A stretch of 64,000 bases of DNA, from contig JAGVTU010000024.1 of assembly GCA_019136655.1 (NCBI GenBank), positions 3,553 to 67,552 of the forward strand, written 5' to 3'. The notes under the pieces were generated by a model. It did no database searches. It had not been told where the DNA came from and was given only the letters and a program-made list of their open reading frames with translations. Each line of letters begins with the position of its first letter. Positions within the stretch are counted from its first letter, which is position 1. The stretch is from Bacteroidota bacterium. Its GTDB lineage: Bacteria; Bacteroidota; Bacteroidia; AKYH767-A; OLB10. The translations under genes were made by a program, and so were the position numbers. Shown piece after piece: positions 1-10,119 of the stretch.

Positions 1-259
1 GTTCCCCGGGTTGTACTCCTTCAGTTTTTTTATAAATATAATACCTCAACCCTGTATCTGTAGTTTTAACAGGATACTTATATCTTTCGAGAAAATCCTG
101 AATCTGGCTTTCTTCATTATAAGTCTGAACCTTATTCACCCTCACCATTTGTTCTTTTATCTGCTGACGGCTAGGCTCTGCCTGTTGCTGTGTTTGCTTG
201 TCATTGCCACAAGCTACTGATACAAATAATACTGAGTAAAGGAATACTTTTGCTGACAT
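1..259 (-). CDS. FKBP-type peptidyl-prolyl cis-trans isomerase, lipoprotein (partial, runs off window start)
   Basis: Minus-strand translation from ATG at 259-257 gives MSAKVFLYSVLFVSVACGND... (signal peptide plus lipobox-like Cys) then ...TTDTGLRYYIYKKTEGVQPGE, the typical N-terminal block of FklB/FkpA-type FKBPs. Not in the ORF track because it is truncated. Confidence 0.55.
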   Translation of the reverse strand, partial: MSAKVFLYSVLFVSVACGNDKQTQQQAEPSRQQIKEQMVRVNKVQTYNEESQIQDFLERYKYPVKTTDTGLRYYIYKKTEGVQPGE

Positions 260-269
260 GCCGGCTAAA

Positions 270-1511
270 TTACAACTTCTTACTGCAACGTATTGCAATG
301 GTTTGCGCTGCTGCCATTGCTGTTGACCACGCAGCCTGAAAATTAAATCCACCGGTAATGCCGTCTATATCCAAAACTTCTCCTGCGAAGAAGAGATTAT
401 TTACAAGTTTGCTTTCCATGTTTTGCATATTTACCTCCTTTAACGACACTCCTCCACTGGTAACAAACTCTTCTTTGAAAGTGGTTTTTCCTTTCATCAG
501 TAACTCAAAAGACGTTAGTTTATTTGCCAATACATTTATCTGTGAGTTTGAAACATTTCCCAATGAATTATGCAGTTTGATGTTCACCAGGTCACAAATA
601 CGTTGACGCAGCCGTTGCGGAAGCGAATGCAACAGTTGCTGAACTGTCAGTTGTGGCGAGTGAGTACGCTCACTGATGAATTTTTGTTTTAATGTTTCAG
701 CATTTTCTTCAGGGAAAAAATTTATTCGTACTACACAATTATAACCAAGCTCAAAAAGCTCACGTGCAGCCAATGCTGAAAGCCTTATTACGGCAGGACC
801 ACTCACTCCCCAATGCGTAATCAGTACTGGGCCTGTTGCGATTTGCTTAATTCCGCTTAAGCTCACTTTTGCATGAGTTACAGAAACACCTTCAAGTCCT
901 TTCAGTGGTGAATCAGGAATATTAAAAGTAAAGAGTGACGGCAAAGGTGCTATAATTTTATGGCTACAACTTTGGGTAATCCATTCATAATTTTTCGGTG
1001 CGGCACTTCCTCCTGTTGTTATCAGTAAATAATCGCAGGTCAGTGTTGTTTTATCCGTCAGCGACAAAACAAATTTATCATGTTTTTCAAAGGATGAAAT
1101 TCCAACACCGGTTCGTATTTCCACATTATATTTTTCAGCTTCGCTGAGGTAACACTGTATGATTGTTTCACTGGTGTTGGTTGAAGGAAACATTCGTCCA
1201 TCTTCCTCTGTTTTAAGTTTGATATTTCGCTGTGCAAACCACTCCGTCATTTGCTGTGGTCCAAAATTCTGCAATACACTGCGCAATTCCCTTCTGCCTC
1301 GCGGATAGTTTTCTGACAATAATTTATTGTCGTAACAGGCATGTGTTACATTACATCTTCCTCCTCCTGAAACACGCACTTTTGAAAGCAACTTATGTGT
1401 TTTCTCCAGAATAATAACTTTCAACTCCGGACATAACGCTGCTGCATTAATGGCTCCGAAAAATCCTGCTGCACCACCTCCGGCTACTGCCAGCACTTTA
1501 TTTCCTGTCAT
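270..1511 (-). CDS. NAD(P)/FAD-dependent oxidoreductase, HI0933/BaiN (YhiN) family flavoprotein
   Basis: N-terminal GxGxxG dinucleotide fold (VLAVAGGGAAGFFGAINAA), GGGRCNVTH motif characteristic of the HI0933 family, 413 aa. Confidence 0.85.
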   Translation of the reverse strand: MTGNKVLAVAGGGAAGFFGAINAAALCPELKVIILEKTHKLLSKVRVSGGGRCNVTHACYDNKLLSENYPRGRRELRSVLQNFGPQQMTEWFAQRNIKLKTEEDGRMFPSTNTSETIIQCYLSEAEKYNVEIRTGVGISSFEKHDKFVLSLTDKTTLTCDYLLITTGGSAAPKNYEWITQSCSHKIIAPLPSLFTFNIPDSPLKGLEGVSVTHAKVSLSGIKQIATGPVLITHWGVSGPAVIRLSALAARELFELGYNCVVRINFFPEENAETLKQKFISERTHSPQLTVQQLLHSLPQRLRQRICDLVNIKLHNSLGNVSNSQINVLANKLTSFELLMKGKTTFKEEFVTSGGVSLKEVNMQNMESKLVNNLFFAGEVLDIDGITGGFNFQAAWSTAMAAAQTIAIRCSKKL

Positions 1512-2407
1512 GCTCTCGGATGGTGTTTCATAATTTCCTGACGAAGATAATCTCTGTCGAGGTGAGTATATATTTCTGTAGTGGTAATGCTTTCATGTCC
1601 GAGCATTTCCTGCACTGCACGCAGGTCGGCACCTCCTTCAATGAGATGTGTGGCAAAACTGTGTCTGAACGTATGCGGACTGATTTGTTTTTTTAACTGA
1701 ATTTTTTCAGCTAATTGTTTGATGATGGTAAACACCATTACTCTTGTCAGCTTAGCACCTCTCCTGTTCAGAAATAAAATATCTTCATTACCCGGTTTTA
1801 TTTTCAGATGATTGCGATAAGAAGTTTCATACAATTCAATATGTTTATTGGCAGAGCTTCCTAACGGAACCAATCGCTCCTTATTTCCTTTACCGGTTAT
1901 TTTCAGAAATCCAATATCAGAATATGTATCCGATTTACGAAGTGTAACAAGCTCACTTACGCGCAAACCCGAACTGTATAAAGTTTCGAGCATGGCACGG
2001 TTACGCTGTCCTTCAGGAAGACTTAAATCTATTGCACCCAGCAGTGCATCCACTTCTTCAATGGTAAGAAAGGAAGGCAGTTTACGACCGAGCTTTGGTG
2101 TTTCAAGTAATGTTGTTGGGTCATCGTTTATGGTATTTTCCAACAACAGATACTTATAAAACGCTTTAATTCCTGAAATTACTCTTGCCTGTGTGCGCGC
2201 ACTTAATCCTGTTTCATTCACCCATTGAATAAATCCCTGCAAATCTTCCAATGTAACTGACAGCAAACCTTTGGCAACGTTGTTCTGCTCAAGATACCGG
2301 CTGAGTAAGTCCACATCATGCACATAAGCTTCGTTGGAGTTTGCCGACAGTGAACGCTCTAATTTAATATATGCAGAAAAACCTTTTATGTATGACTGGT
2401 CGCTCAT
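1508..2407 (-). CDS. xerD: site-specific tyrosine recombinase XerD
   Basis: C-terminal catalytic block RHSFATHLIEGGADLRAVQEMLGHESITTTEIYTHL (R-H-R-Y tyrosine recombinase), about 300 aa. Likely start is MSDQSYIKGF at 2407, not the ORF-track start at 2440. Confidence 0.85.
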   Translation of the reverse strand: MSDQSYIKGFSAYIKLERSLSANSNEAYVHDVDLLSRYLEQNNVAKGLLSVTLEDLQGFIQWVNETGLSARTQARVISGIKAFYKYLLLENTINDDPTTLLETPKLGRKLPSFLTIEEVDALLGAIDLSLPEGQRNRAMLETLYSSGLRVSELVTLRKSDTYSDIGFLKITGKGNKERLVPLGSSANKHIELYETSYRNHLKIKPGNEDILFLNRRGAKLTRVMVFTIIKQLAEKIQLKKQISPHTFRHSFATHLIEGGADLRAVQEMLGHESITTTEIYTHLDRDYLRQEIMKHHPRA

Positions 2408-2530
2408 TGATACAAAAGTAAATGTTCTTTGTAAGCACAAACAAATTCTTATAATAAGAATAAAAACTACCTCTTATTTATAATGTTTTGAATATATAAA
2501 AACATACTCCAAGCATTATTTTTATTATCA

Positions 2531-3334
2531 TTGCTTTTTGTTGAGCTGAAACAGGAAGAGATGAAATTATCGAAAGAAATAAATGATTTTTTAGATGAAA
2601 CCGGTAAGGTAATGTCATTTACTATTCGTTTTTTTAAAGAAGGCTTCCGTCCCAGGTACGAATGGCACGAATTTCTTCGGCAATCCTATATCAATGGCTA
2701 TAAATCATTGCCACTTGTTGGCATAACTGCTTTTATTATGGGGCTTGTGCTTACTGTTCAGTCGCGACCAACTCTCGCTGAATTTGGTGCTACTTCCTGG
2801 CTACCGGCTATGGTGGCTATCTCTATTGTTAGAGAAATCGGCCCGGTAATTACTGCTTTAATCTGTGCAGGAAAAATTGGATCAAGCATTGGTGCAGAGT
2901 TAGGCTCCATGCGTGTGACAGAACAAATAGATGCTATGGAAGTTTCAGGAACCAATCCGTTTAAATATCTTGTTGTAACGCGTGTGTTCAGCATATCACT
3001 GATGTTGCCAATACTGGTATTACTGGCAGATTTTATTGCCATCTATGCATGTTACATTGGTGTCAATCTGAAAGATGTAGTCAGCTGGGATTTGTTTTTT
3101 AATAAAGTATTCCGCTCTTTAAAATTCAGCGATTTCATTCCTTCCGTTATCAAATCAGTTTTCTTCGGATTTGCTATTGGTATTATTGGGTGTTACAAGG
3201 GATATAACTCACAAAAAGGAACTGAAGGAGTGGGTCACGCAGCCAACTCAGCAGTTGTAGTTGCATCACTTATTGTATTTGTTATGGATTTAATAGCCGT
3301 TCAGATTACGGATATGTTAGGACTAAACGCATGA
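2531..3334 (+). CDS. mlaE: ABC transporter permease MlaE (phospholipid transport)
   Basis: Multi-TM protein followed by an overlapping ATPase and an MCE-domain protein, the canonical mlaEFD order. Similar to YrbE/MlaE permeases. Confidence 0.8.
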   Translation: MLFVELKQEEMKLSKEINDFLDETGKVMSFTIRFFKEGFRPRYEWHEFLRQSYINGYKSLPLVGITAFIMGLVLTVQSRPTLAEFGATSWLPAMVAISIVREIGPVITALICAGKIGSSIGAELGSMRVTEQIDAMEVSGTNPFKYLVVTRVFSISLMLPILVLLADFIAIYACYIGVNLKDVVSWDLFFNKVFRSLKFSDFIPSVIKSVFFGFAIGIIGCYKGYNSQKGTEGVGHAANSAVVVASLIVFVMDLIAVQITDMLGLNA

Positions 3335-4080
3335 AAGATTTCGAAAATGTAGTGTTGAAAATTAGTGGTCTGCATAAATCATTTGGCAGCAAACATATCC
3401 TTGTTGATTTTAATCTTGAATTACTGAGAGGAGAAAACATTGTAGTCATCGGTAAGTCTGGATCAGGAAAATCTGTATTAATAAAATGTGTAGTAGGATT
3501 GCTGAAACCCGATAAAGGAACCATCCGTGTTTTCGGAACCGATATGCAGAGCCTGAATCAGGATGAAATGGATCGCTTAAGAGTAAGAATAGGATTTTTA
3601 TTTCAGAACAGTGCATTATATGATTCGATGACTGTACGTGAGAATCTTTTGTTTCCGATGCGAAGACACTGGATGGATATCAGTCGCGATGAAGAAGAAC
3701 AGTTGGTTGACGAAGCTCTTGAAAATGTCGGATTGTCACACACCAAAGAAATGATGCCCGCAGAACTTTCAGGTGGTATGCGCAAGCGTGTAGCCATTGC
3801 ACGCACACTCATAATGAAGCCCGAACTGGTGCTTTATGATGAACCTACAACAGGGCTTGATCCTATCACAGGAAGAGAAATTGTGCAACTGATGCTCGAC
3901 CTTCAGAAAAAATATCATATTTCATCCATCATGATTTCGCATGATATGACTGTGGCAAAACTTACTGCCAATAAAATAATTGTATTATACGATGGCACCA
4001 ATTATGCAACAGGCACCTATGAGGAATTAAAGAATTCTACCGATAAAAATGTTCAACAATTTTTTGAATTTGCAACATGA
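3331..4080 (+). CDS. mlaF: ABC transporter ATP-binding protein MlaF
   Basis: Walker A GKSGSGKS, signature LSGGMRKR and Walker B LVLYDEPTTGLD. Overlaps mlaE by 4 nt. Confidence 0.85.
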   Translation: MKDFENVVLKISGLHKSFGSKHILVDFNLELLRGENIVVIGKSGSGKSVLIKCVVGLLKPDKGTIRVFGTDMQSLNQDEMDRLRVRIGFLFQNSALYDSMTVRENLLFPMRRHWMDISRDEEEQLVDEALENVGLSHTKEMMPAELSGGMRKRVAIARTLIMKPELVLYDEPTTGLDPITGREIVQLMLDLQKKYHISSIMISHDMTVAKLTANKIIVLYDGTNYATGTYEELKNSTDKNVQQFFEFAT

Positions 4081-5042
4081 GTGATAACAAAATGAACAAT
4101 GTAAAATTGGGCGCATTTGTATTAGCCGGAGTGCTGGTGCTGATAATTGCACTCTATATGATAGGCAGTAAAAGAAATGTCTTCGGCAATACAATTGAGA
4201 TAAGTGCCATCTTTTATAATGTAAACGGACTGATGCCCGGCAACAATGTCAGATACGGAGGTATTGATATTGGCACAGTCAAGAAAGTTGAATTCCAAAA
4301 TGACAATACCATCATTGTGAAGATGGTGATTGAAAAGAAAATGATTCCGTATATCAAAAAAAATGCAATAGCCAGTATTGGTACCGATGGATTGATGGGA
4401 AATAAATTAGTCAGCATTAATTCTATTTCCGAACCTGCCGATCCTATTAAAGCCGGTGATATACTCATGTCTGTCCGGCCTGTTGAAAGTGATGAAATGA
4501 TTCGCACCCTCAGTCAAACCAATGATAATTTATTTGATATTACAACTGACCTGAAGAAATTAACCGGCAGGCTTGATAAAAATGATAATCTGTTCAGCCT
4601 TATTTCTGATACCAATGTCACTGAAAATTTACGGCAGGCTGTTCAGTCCATTCGCGAAGCTTCAGACAATGCCAATGCAGTCACTCATAAACTTAATCAG
4701 CTGCTCAGCGAAGTTGATAAAGGAGAAGGTGTTCTTGGAAAACTTATTTCTGACACTGCTGCTGCACGTAAAGTTGACCTACTGGTAAGCAACCTGCAGA
4801 TTTTTTCTGACACACTGAATACAGCTGTTGACAAAATAAATGTATTTGCAAACAAACTGAACAATGAAAACGGAACCGTACATGCTGTTTTAACCGATAC
4901 GGTAATGAAAAATAATTTACAGGAAGTAATGCAACAACTGAAAGTAAGTTCTTATACACTGGAAGAAGACTTAAAAGCATTGCAGAAAAATTTCCTGTTC
5001 AGAAAATACTTCCGTCAGAAAGAAAGAAAAGAGAAAAAATAA
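4077..5042 (+). CDS. mlaD: MlaD-family MCE-domain protein with long C-terminal helical extension
   Basis: N-terminal single TM then an MCE domain (AIFYNVNGLMPGNNVRYGGIDIGTV). Overlaps mlaF by 4 nt. Long C-terminal coiled-coil-like tail. Confidence 0.75.
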   Translation: MSDNKMNNVKLGAFVLAGVLVLIIALYMIGSKRNVFGNTIEISAIFYNVNGLMPGNNVRYGGIDIGTVKKVEFQNDNTIIVKMVIEKKMIPYIKKNAIASIGTDGLMGNKLVSINSISEPADPIKAGDILMSVRPVESDEMIRTLSQTNDNLFDITTDLKKLTGRLDKNDNLFSLISDTNVTENLRQAVQSIREASDNANAVTHKLNQLLSEVDKGEGVLGKLISDTAAARKVDLLVSNLQIFSDTLNTAVDKINVFANKLNNENGTVHAVLTDTVMKNNLQEVMQQLKVSSYTLEEDLKALQKNFLFRKYFRQKERKEKK

Positions 5043-5057
5043 ACAGCAAATTCAGCA

Positions 5058-5396
5058 TTACTTTATTTCATCCCAAAACTCAGCAGCTCTGCGTGTGTGA
5101 GGTATTACGATGGTACCTCCTACTATGTTGGCAACTGCAAAAACTTCGTAAATCTGCTCAGTGGTTATTCCACTGCTTTTACATTGAATAAGATGATAAC
5201 GTATGCAATCATCGCAGCGCAACACCATGCTGGCTACCAAACCCAGTAATTCCTTGGTCTGTGCAGAAAGTGCTCCATCAGTATAAGTATTGGTGTCGAG
5301 ATTAAACAGACGCTTCAGTACCAGATTGTCAGAGTCGAGAATGCGTTTATTCATTCGCTCGCGATAGGCATTAAATTCTTCAACCGGATTACTCAT
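5058..5396 (-). CDS. carboxymuconolactone decarboxylase / AhpD-like family protein
   Basis: 112 aa with CxxxH core (RCDDCIRYH) typical of the AhpD-like alkylhydroperoxidase fold. Confidence 0.6.
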   Translation of the reverse strand: MSNPVEEFNAYRERMNKRILDSDNLVLKRLFNLDTNTYTDGALSAQTKELLGLVASMVLRCDDCIRYHLIQCKSSGITTEQIYEVFAVANIVGGTIVIPHTRRAAEFWDEIK

Positions 5397-5401
5397 GTTT
5401 T

Positions 5402-6232
5402 TTATTCTGATTTTAATTTCTCTTCTTTTTTTGCCACAACCACCGACACAAATATGCTAAACTCATAGAGTAAGAACAAAGGTATCGCTACCAGTATTTG
5501 ACTGGTGACATCCGGTGAAGGTGTTATAAGTGCCGCAATTATCAGGTTGACAATAAATGCATGCTTGCGGTAGGTACGCATAAACTTTGGAGTTATGATT
5601 CCAATCTTGGTAAGGAAGAATACAAGTATCGGTAACTCAAAAACTACTCCGCAAGCAATTGTCATAAGTGTAACAATACTGATATAAGAATCAATAGTGA
5701 TTGCATTTTTAACTTCTTCACTCACCTGATAACTTCCCAGAAAATTTATTGACAACGGTGAAAGAATAAAATATCCAAATGCCACTCCGCAGAAAAATAA
5801 AAGAGATGCTGATAAAACAATCCCTCTGGTATATCCTCTTTCTTTATCGGTTAGAGCGGGCTTAACAAATCGCCATATTTCCCACAACAAATATGGAAAA
5901 CCGAGAATGAGACCTGCCACTCCTGCAGCTACCATGTGGGTAGTAAACTGTCCTGCCATGGTAGTGTTGATAAGAGTAAATGGGATATCAGTAATACACA
6001 TGTCAATGGAAAGTTTTTCGGAAAGTTTACACAGGATGCGATAGGTAATAAAATCAGGTTGTTTAGGTCCGAAAATAATCACATCAAAAAGAATCTCTTT
6101 ATAAATAAAAGCAGCTACAGCAAAAACAAAAATCACCAGTGTTCCCCTTACTAAATGCCAGCGCAAAGCCTCCAGATGATCAAGAAAATTCATCTCTGAA
6201 TTAGGGTCCGGGCTTTTTCTGAAAAACTTCAC
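5402..6232 (-). CDS. tatC: twin-arginine translocase subunit TatC
   Basis: N-terminal FLDHLEALRWHL motif and six predicted TM segments, 276 aa. Confidence 0.85.
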   Translation of the reverse strand: MKFFRKSPDPNSEMNFLDHLEALRWHLVRGTLVIFVFAVAAFIYKEILFDVIIFGPKQPDFITYRILCKLSEKLSIDMCITDIPFTLINTTMAGQFTTHMVAAGVAGLILGFPYLLWEIWRFVKPALTDKERGYTRGIVLSASLLFFCGVAFGYFILSPLSINFLGSYQVSEEVKNAITIDSYISIVTLMTIACGVVFELPILVFFLTKIGIITPKFMRTYRKHAFIVNLIIAALITPSPDVTSQILVAIPLFLLYEFSIFVSVVVAKKEEKLKSE

Positions 6233-6250
6233 CTTCTGTTGATTTTCTGA

Positions 6251-7216
6251 TTAAAATATTCCTTCTTTCAGCAAGTCGTGAAGATGCACAAAACCAAGAT
6301 ACTTTCCTTTTTCAGCCACAATTACCTGAGTAATATTATTGGACTTCATCATGTGAAATGCATCCACTGCCATCGTTTCGGGTGAAACAGTCTTTGGCGT
6401 TTTGCTCATGATGTCTTTAGCTTTCACATGATTGTCAATTCCCTTCTTTTCAAGCATTCTTCTCAAATCACCATCAGTTATAATTCCTTTGAGTTTGCCT
6501 TTTTCAACTACGGCAGTAGCTCCCAATCTGTTAGCTGAAATTGTCAGAATTATTTCTTTGACAGAATCTGTAAGTTTAACTTCAGGCTTTGTATTATTCA
6601 CATATACATCTGCTATTTTCAGATACAATCTTTTTCCGAGCGAACCTCCAGGATGATATCGTGCGAAATCCTGCTTGGTAAAACCTCGGTATTCCAACAA
6701 ACAAACTGCAAGTGCATCGCCCATGGCCAGTTGTGCAGTGGAGCTGCTGGTAGGTGCAAGATTATGAGGGCAAGCTTCTTTCTCTACTGTAGTGTTCAGT
6801 ATATAATCGGCATGTGCTGCCAGAAATGATTTTGTATCACCAACTATGGCAACAAGTTTATTACCGGCCGCTTTTAACAAAGGAGCAAGCACCTTTATTT
6901 CAGGAGTATTTCCACTTTTAGAAATACATATCACCACATCATCTTTTTGAATAATACCCAAATCGCCATGTATGGCATCGGCAGCGTGCATATACACAGC
7001 CGGTGTACCTGTACTGTTAAAAGTAGCAGTTATCTTCTGGGCGATGATTGCACTTTTGCCAATTCCCGTACACACTACCCTTCCTTTCGAAAAAAACACT
7101 AATTTTACAGTCTCAAAAAAATCGCCTGTTATCTGATTTTTTAGTCCGGCTATAGCGGATGATTCAATATCAAGCGTATTTTTAGCCAGTTTAATAATTT
7201 TTTGCGCTGATTTCAA
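6251..7216 (-). CDS. kpsF: arabinose-5-phosphate isomerase KpsF/GutQ (SIS plus tandem CBS)
   Basis: SIS domain (VVCTGIGKSAIIAQK..., SKSGNTPE) followed by two CBS domains, 321 aa. Confidence 0.85.
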   Translation of the reverse strand: MKSAQKIIKLAKNTLDIESSAIAGLKNQITGDFFETVKLVFFSKGRVVCTGIGKSAIIAQKITATFNSTGTPAVYMHAADAIHGDLGIIQKDDVVICISKSGNTPEIKVLAPLLKAAGNKLVAIVGDTKSFLAAHADYILNTTVEKEACPHNLAPTSSSTAQLAMGDALAVCLLEYRGFTKQDFARYHPGGSLGKRLYLKIADVYVNNTKPEVKLTDSVKEIILTISANRLGATAVVEKGKLKGIITDGDLRRMLEKKGIDNHVKAKDIMSKTPKTVSPETMAVDAFHMMKSNNITQVIVAEKGKYLGFVHLHDLLKEGIF

Positions 7217-7321
7217 AGTGAATTATTTCTGTATTAAATTTGAAAAAAAATTACCATATTTGAATTGGGCAAAAATACCTATTTTAGTTAACTGAAATTT
7301 TTAAAGTTTTTATCATATAAA

Positions 7322-9664
7322 ATGTTAGCAGAAGCAAAGAAAAAGAAAGCAGGAAAGTCGAAAAAGACAGAAACCAAAACTAAGCCTGCCGCAAAAGCCT
7401 CCAGGAATGGTGCTGAAGAGAAGAAAAAAGTTGCTCCTACGGAGAAAAAGCTCAAGAATGCTCTTGTTACAAAAAAGCCTACCGACTTACGGTTGAAAGA
7501 CGCCTTGTATAAGTATTTCGGTTTTGATAGTTTTAAAGGCGATCAGGAAGAAATTATTCAAACCGTACTTAAGGGTGAAAACACATTTGTGATTATGCCT
7601 ACCGGTGGTGGCAAGTCCATGTGTTACCAGTTGCCTGCACTTATGATGGAGGGAACAGCAATTGTAGTATCTCCGCTTATTGCTCTGATGAAAAATCAGG
7701 TTGATGCTCTTAGAGGATTTAATACAGATGAAGCAGTAGCTCACTTTTTAAATTCATCACTTAACAAAACTGAAATTGCTCAGGTAAAAAAAGATATTAA
7801 ATCAGGTAAAACTAAATTATTGTATGTAGCCCCTGAATCTCTCACCAAAGAAGAGAATGTTGCCTTTTTTAAAGAAATAAAAGTTTCGTTCCTGGCAATT
7901 GACGAGGCGCACTGTATTTCAGAATGGGGGCACGATTTCAGACCTGAATACAGACGTTTACGCCCAATAGTGGAAGCATTAGGAAATATTCCTGTAATTG
8001 CACTCACTGCTACTGCCACTGAAAAAGTTTCGCTCGACATACAGAAGAACCTCGGAATGATGGATGCCAAATTATTTAAGGCATCATTCAACCGTCCTAA
8101 TCTTTATTATGAAGTACGTCCTAAAGTTGAGGTACTGAAAGAAATTATCAAGTTTGTAAAAAATCATTCCGGAAAATCAGGAATCATCTATTGCCTCAGC
8201 CGCAAAAAAGTGGAAGAAGTTGCCAGTACGCTAAATGTAAACGGCATTAAAGCTCTTCCCTATCATGCAGGACTGGATGCTGCCGTACGTGCAGAAACTC
8301 AGGATAAATTTCTGATGGAAAAAATTGATGTCATTGTTGCTACCATTGCTTTTGGTATGGGCATTGACAAACCCGATGTGCGTTTTGTGATACACCACGA
8401 CATTCCTAAATCGCTTGAGGGTTACTATCAGGAAACCGGACGTTCAGGTCGTGATGGCCGTGAAGGTCGTTGTATAACTTTCTATTCGTATAAAGATATT
8501 GAGAAGCTCGAAAAATTTATGAAAGGAAAACCTGTTGCCGAGCAGGAAATAGGTAAACAGATGCTTCTCGAAACAGTTTCGTTTGCCGAAACTTCGGTGT
8601 GCCGCAGAAAATATCTGCTCCACTATTTTGGCGAACGTTACGAAGAAGAAAACTGTGGTAATTGCGATAACTGTCTGCATCCTAAAACACAAATAGAAGC
8701 ACAGGATGAAGTGCAACTTGTACTTGAAACTGTTTTGGCAGTAAAAGAAAAATTTGCAGCAGAACATATAATTAATGTGCTTATCGGAAAAGATGATAAA
8801 GCCATTAAAGATTATCAGCACAACAAACTTGACATGTTTGGCGAAGGAATGGATCAGGATGCAAAATTCTGGATGGCCGTTATCCGTCAGGCATTGTTAG
8901 CAGGGTTGATGTTTAAAGATGTGGATAATTATGGCTTGCTTAAGCTTACTGAAGAAGGAAAAGCATTTATTGAAAAACCTCACAGCTTTAAAGTAACTCA
9001 GGATCATACTTACGAAAATGCCGACAGCGATGATGATGACGAGCCGGATGGCGGTGGTGGTGGCGCTGCTGCTGACGAAACTCTTTTTGCCATGCTTAAA
9101 GATTTGTGCAAGCAGATAGCCAAACAAAAAAATCTTCCTCCGTTTGTTATTTTCCAGGAGCCTTCACTCGAAGAGATGGCTATACAGTATCCCATCAACA
9201 TGGAAGAGATGAAAAACATCACCGGTGTGGGTGCAGGTAAGGCTGCCAAATACGGCAAACCTTTTATTGATTTGATAAAAAAATACGTGGAAGAAAATGA
9301 AATTGAAAGACCACAGGACTTTATTGTCAAATCAGTAGTCAACAAATCAGGTTTAAAGGTTTATCTCATTCAGAATATTGACAGAAAAATTTCTCTTGAT
9401 GACATGGCTGAAGCCAAAGCTATCCCCCTGGCAGATTTAATCACCGAGTTGGAAAGTATAGTTGCATCAGGAACTAAAATTGATTTGAATTATTACATCA
9501 ACGAAGTAATTGACAGCGACCGTCAGAAAGAGGTGTTCGACTTTTTCAGAACTGCGGAGTCTGACAGTGCCGAAGATGCATTGATTGAGCTTGGCGAAAA
9601 CGACTACACACTCGAAGAAATACGACTCATGCGGGTGAAGTTTATGAGTGAATTGGGTAATTAA
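7322..9664 (+). CDS. recQ: ATP-dependent DNA helicase RecQ, with lysine-rich N-terminal extension
   Basis: Helicase motifs MPTGGGKS, DEAH (IDEAHCISEWGHDFRP), zinc-binding Cys cluster (CRRKYLLHYF...CGNCDNC) and a C-terminal HRDC-like region. The first ~60 aa are K/A-rich low complexity. Confidence 0.9.
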   Translation: MLAEAKKKKAGKSKKTETKTKPAAKASRNGAEEKKKVAPTEKKLKNALVTKKPTDLRLKDALYKYFGFDSFKGDQEEIIQTVLKGENTFVIMPTGGGKSMCYQLPALMMEGTAIVVSPLIALMKNQVDALRGFNTDEAVAHFLNSSLNKTEIAQVKKDIKSGKTKLLYVAPESLTKEENVAFFKEIKVSFLAIDEAHCISEWGHDFRPEYRRLRPIVEALGNIPVIALTATATEKVSLDIQKNLGMMDAKLFKASFNRPNLYYEVRPKVEVLKEIIKFVKNHSGKSGIIYCLSRKKVEEVASTLNVNGIKALPYHAGLDAAVRAETQDKFLMEKIDVIVATIAFGMGIDKPDVRFVIHHDIPKSLEGYYQETGRSGRDGREGRCITFYSYKDIEKLEKFMKGKPVAEQEIGKQMLLETVSFAETSVCRRKYLLHYFGERYEEENCGNCDNCLHPKTQIEAQDEVQLVLETVLAVKEKFAAEHIINVLIGKDDKAIKDYQHNKLDMFGEGMDQDAKFWMAVIRQALLAGLMFKDVDNYGLLKLTEEGKAFIEKPHSFKVTQDHTYENADSDDDDEPDGGGGGAAADETLFAMLKDLCKQIAKQKNLPPFVIFQEPSLEEMAIQYPINMEEMKNITGVGAGKAAKYGKPFIDLIKKYVEENEIERPQDFIVKSVVNKSGLKVYLIQNIDRKISLDDMAEAKAIPLADLITELESIVASGTKIDLNYYINEVIDSDRQKEVFDFFRTAESDSAEDALIELGENDYTLEEIRLMRVKFMSELGN

Positions 9665-9667
9665 TTT

Positions 9668-9696
9668 TAAAGCCGGCTTAAGCCGGCTTTTTTATT
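9668..9696. terminator. bidirectional rho-independent terminator between convergent recQ and downstream gene
   Basis: Tandem copies of the self-complementary decamer AAGCCGGCTT (9670-9689), flanked by an A-run upstream and a T-run downstream. Confidence 0.6.
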
Positions 9697-10036
9697 TCTT
9701 AGCTATATATATCCAGGCCTTTCTTCCTGATTCAAAAGTTTCGAGCACTCTTTGATAGTCGCTAACTTCATACTTATCAGTTTCCTGAAGTTCTTGTTCA
9801 GTTATTTCAAAGATCATTCCTTCAATCACGTCATTTTTATCATTTGACTTAACAGCTATCGGATGGTCATCAGCATTACTCTTAGCGAGCACAGTTGCAT
9901 CAGTAATCTTTAGTCGTTCAATTTTATATCCTGCAAGTTTATCTTTCGAGCCTTTAAGGAGCCGGCCATAGTTAGCCATCTGAACACTTTCAAGCTGCAA
10001 AGTGCCATAGGAAAACAACAGATGTGAATTGGGCAT
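9692..10036 (-). CDS. gamma-glutamylcyclotransferase-like (GGCT/AIG2-like) family protein
   Basis: N-terminal LFSYGTLQL motif typical of the GGCT-like fold, 114 aa. Confidence 0.6.
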   Translation of the reverse strand: MPNSHLLFSYGTLQLESVQMANYGRLLKGSKDKLAGYKIERLKITDATVLAKSNADDHPIAVKSNDKNDVIEGMIFEITEQELQETDKYEVSDYQRVLETFESGRKAWIYIAKK

Positions 10037-10119
10037 AAACGTGAAATTATGTTAATCTATTCCGTTTAAAAATCCTTTTTAAAATTGAGCCTTATTGGAA
10101 TTGCGTTATGAGTGTTAAT

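Noticed and set aside
11-220. 69-aa plus-strand ORF at the window start
   Set aside because: Low-complexity and hydrophobic. It lies entirely antisense to the well-supported FKBP lipoprotein N-terminus on the minus strand, so it is a shadow ORF.
8444-9345. Several 76-125 aa minus-strand ORFs inside recQ
   Set aside because: They are antisense to a strongly supported helicase gene and have no recognisable motifs, so they are shadow ORFs. The same reasoning applies to the many small antisense ORFs inside mutS2, wzc, asnB, rpsA and others.
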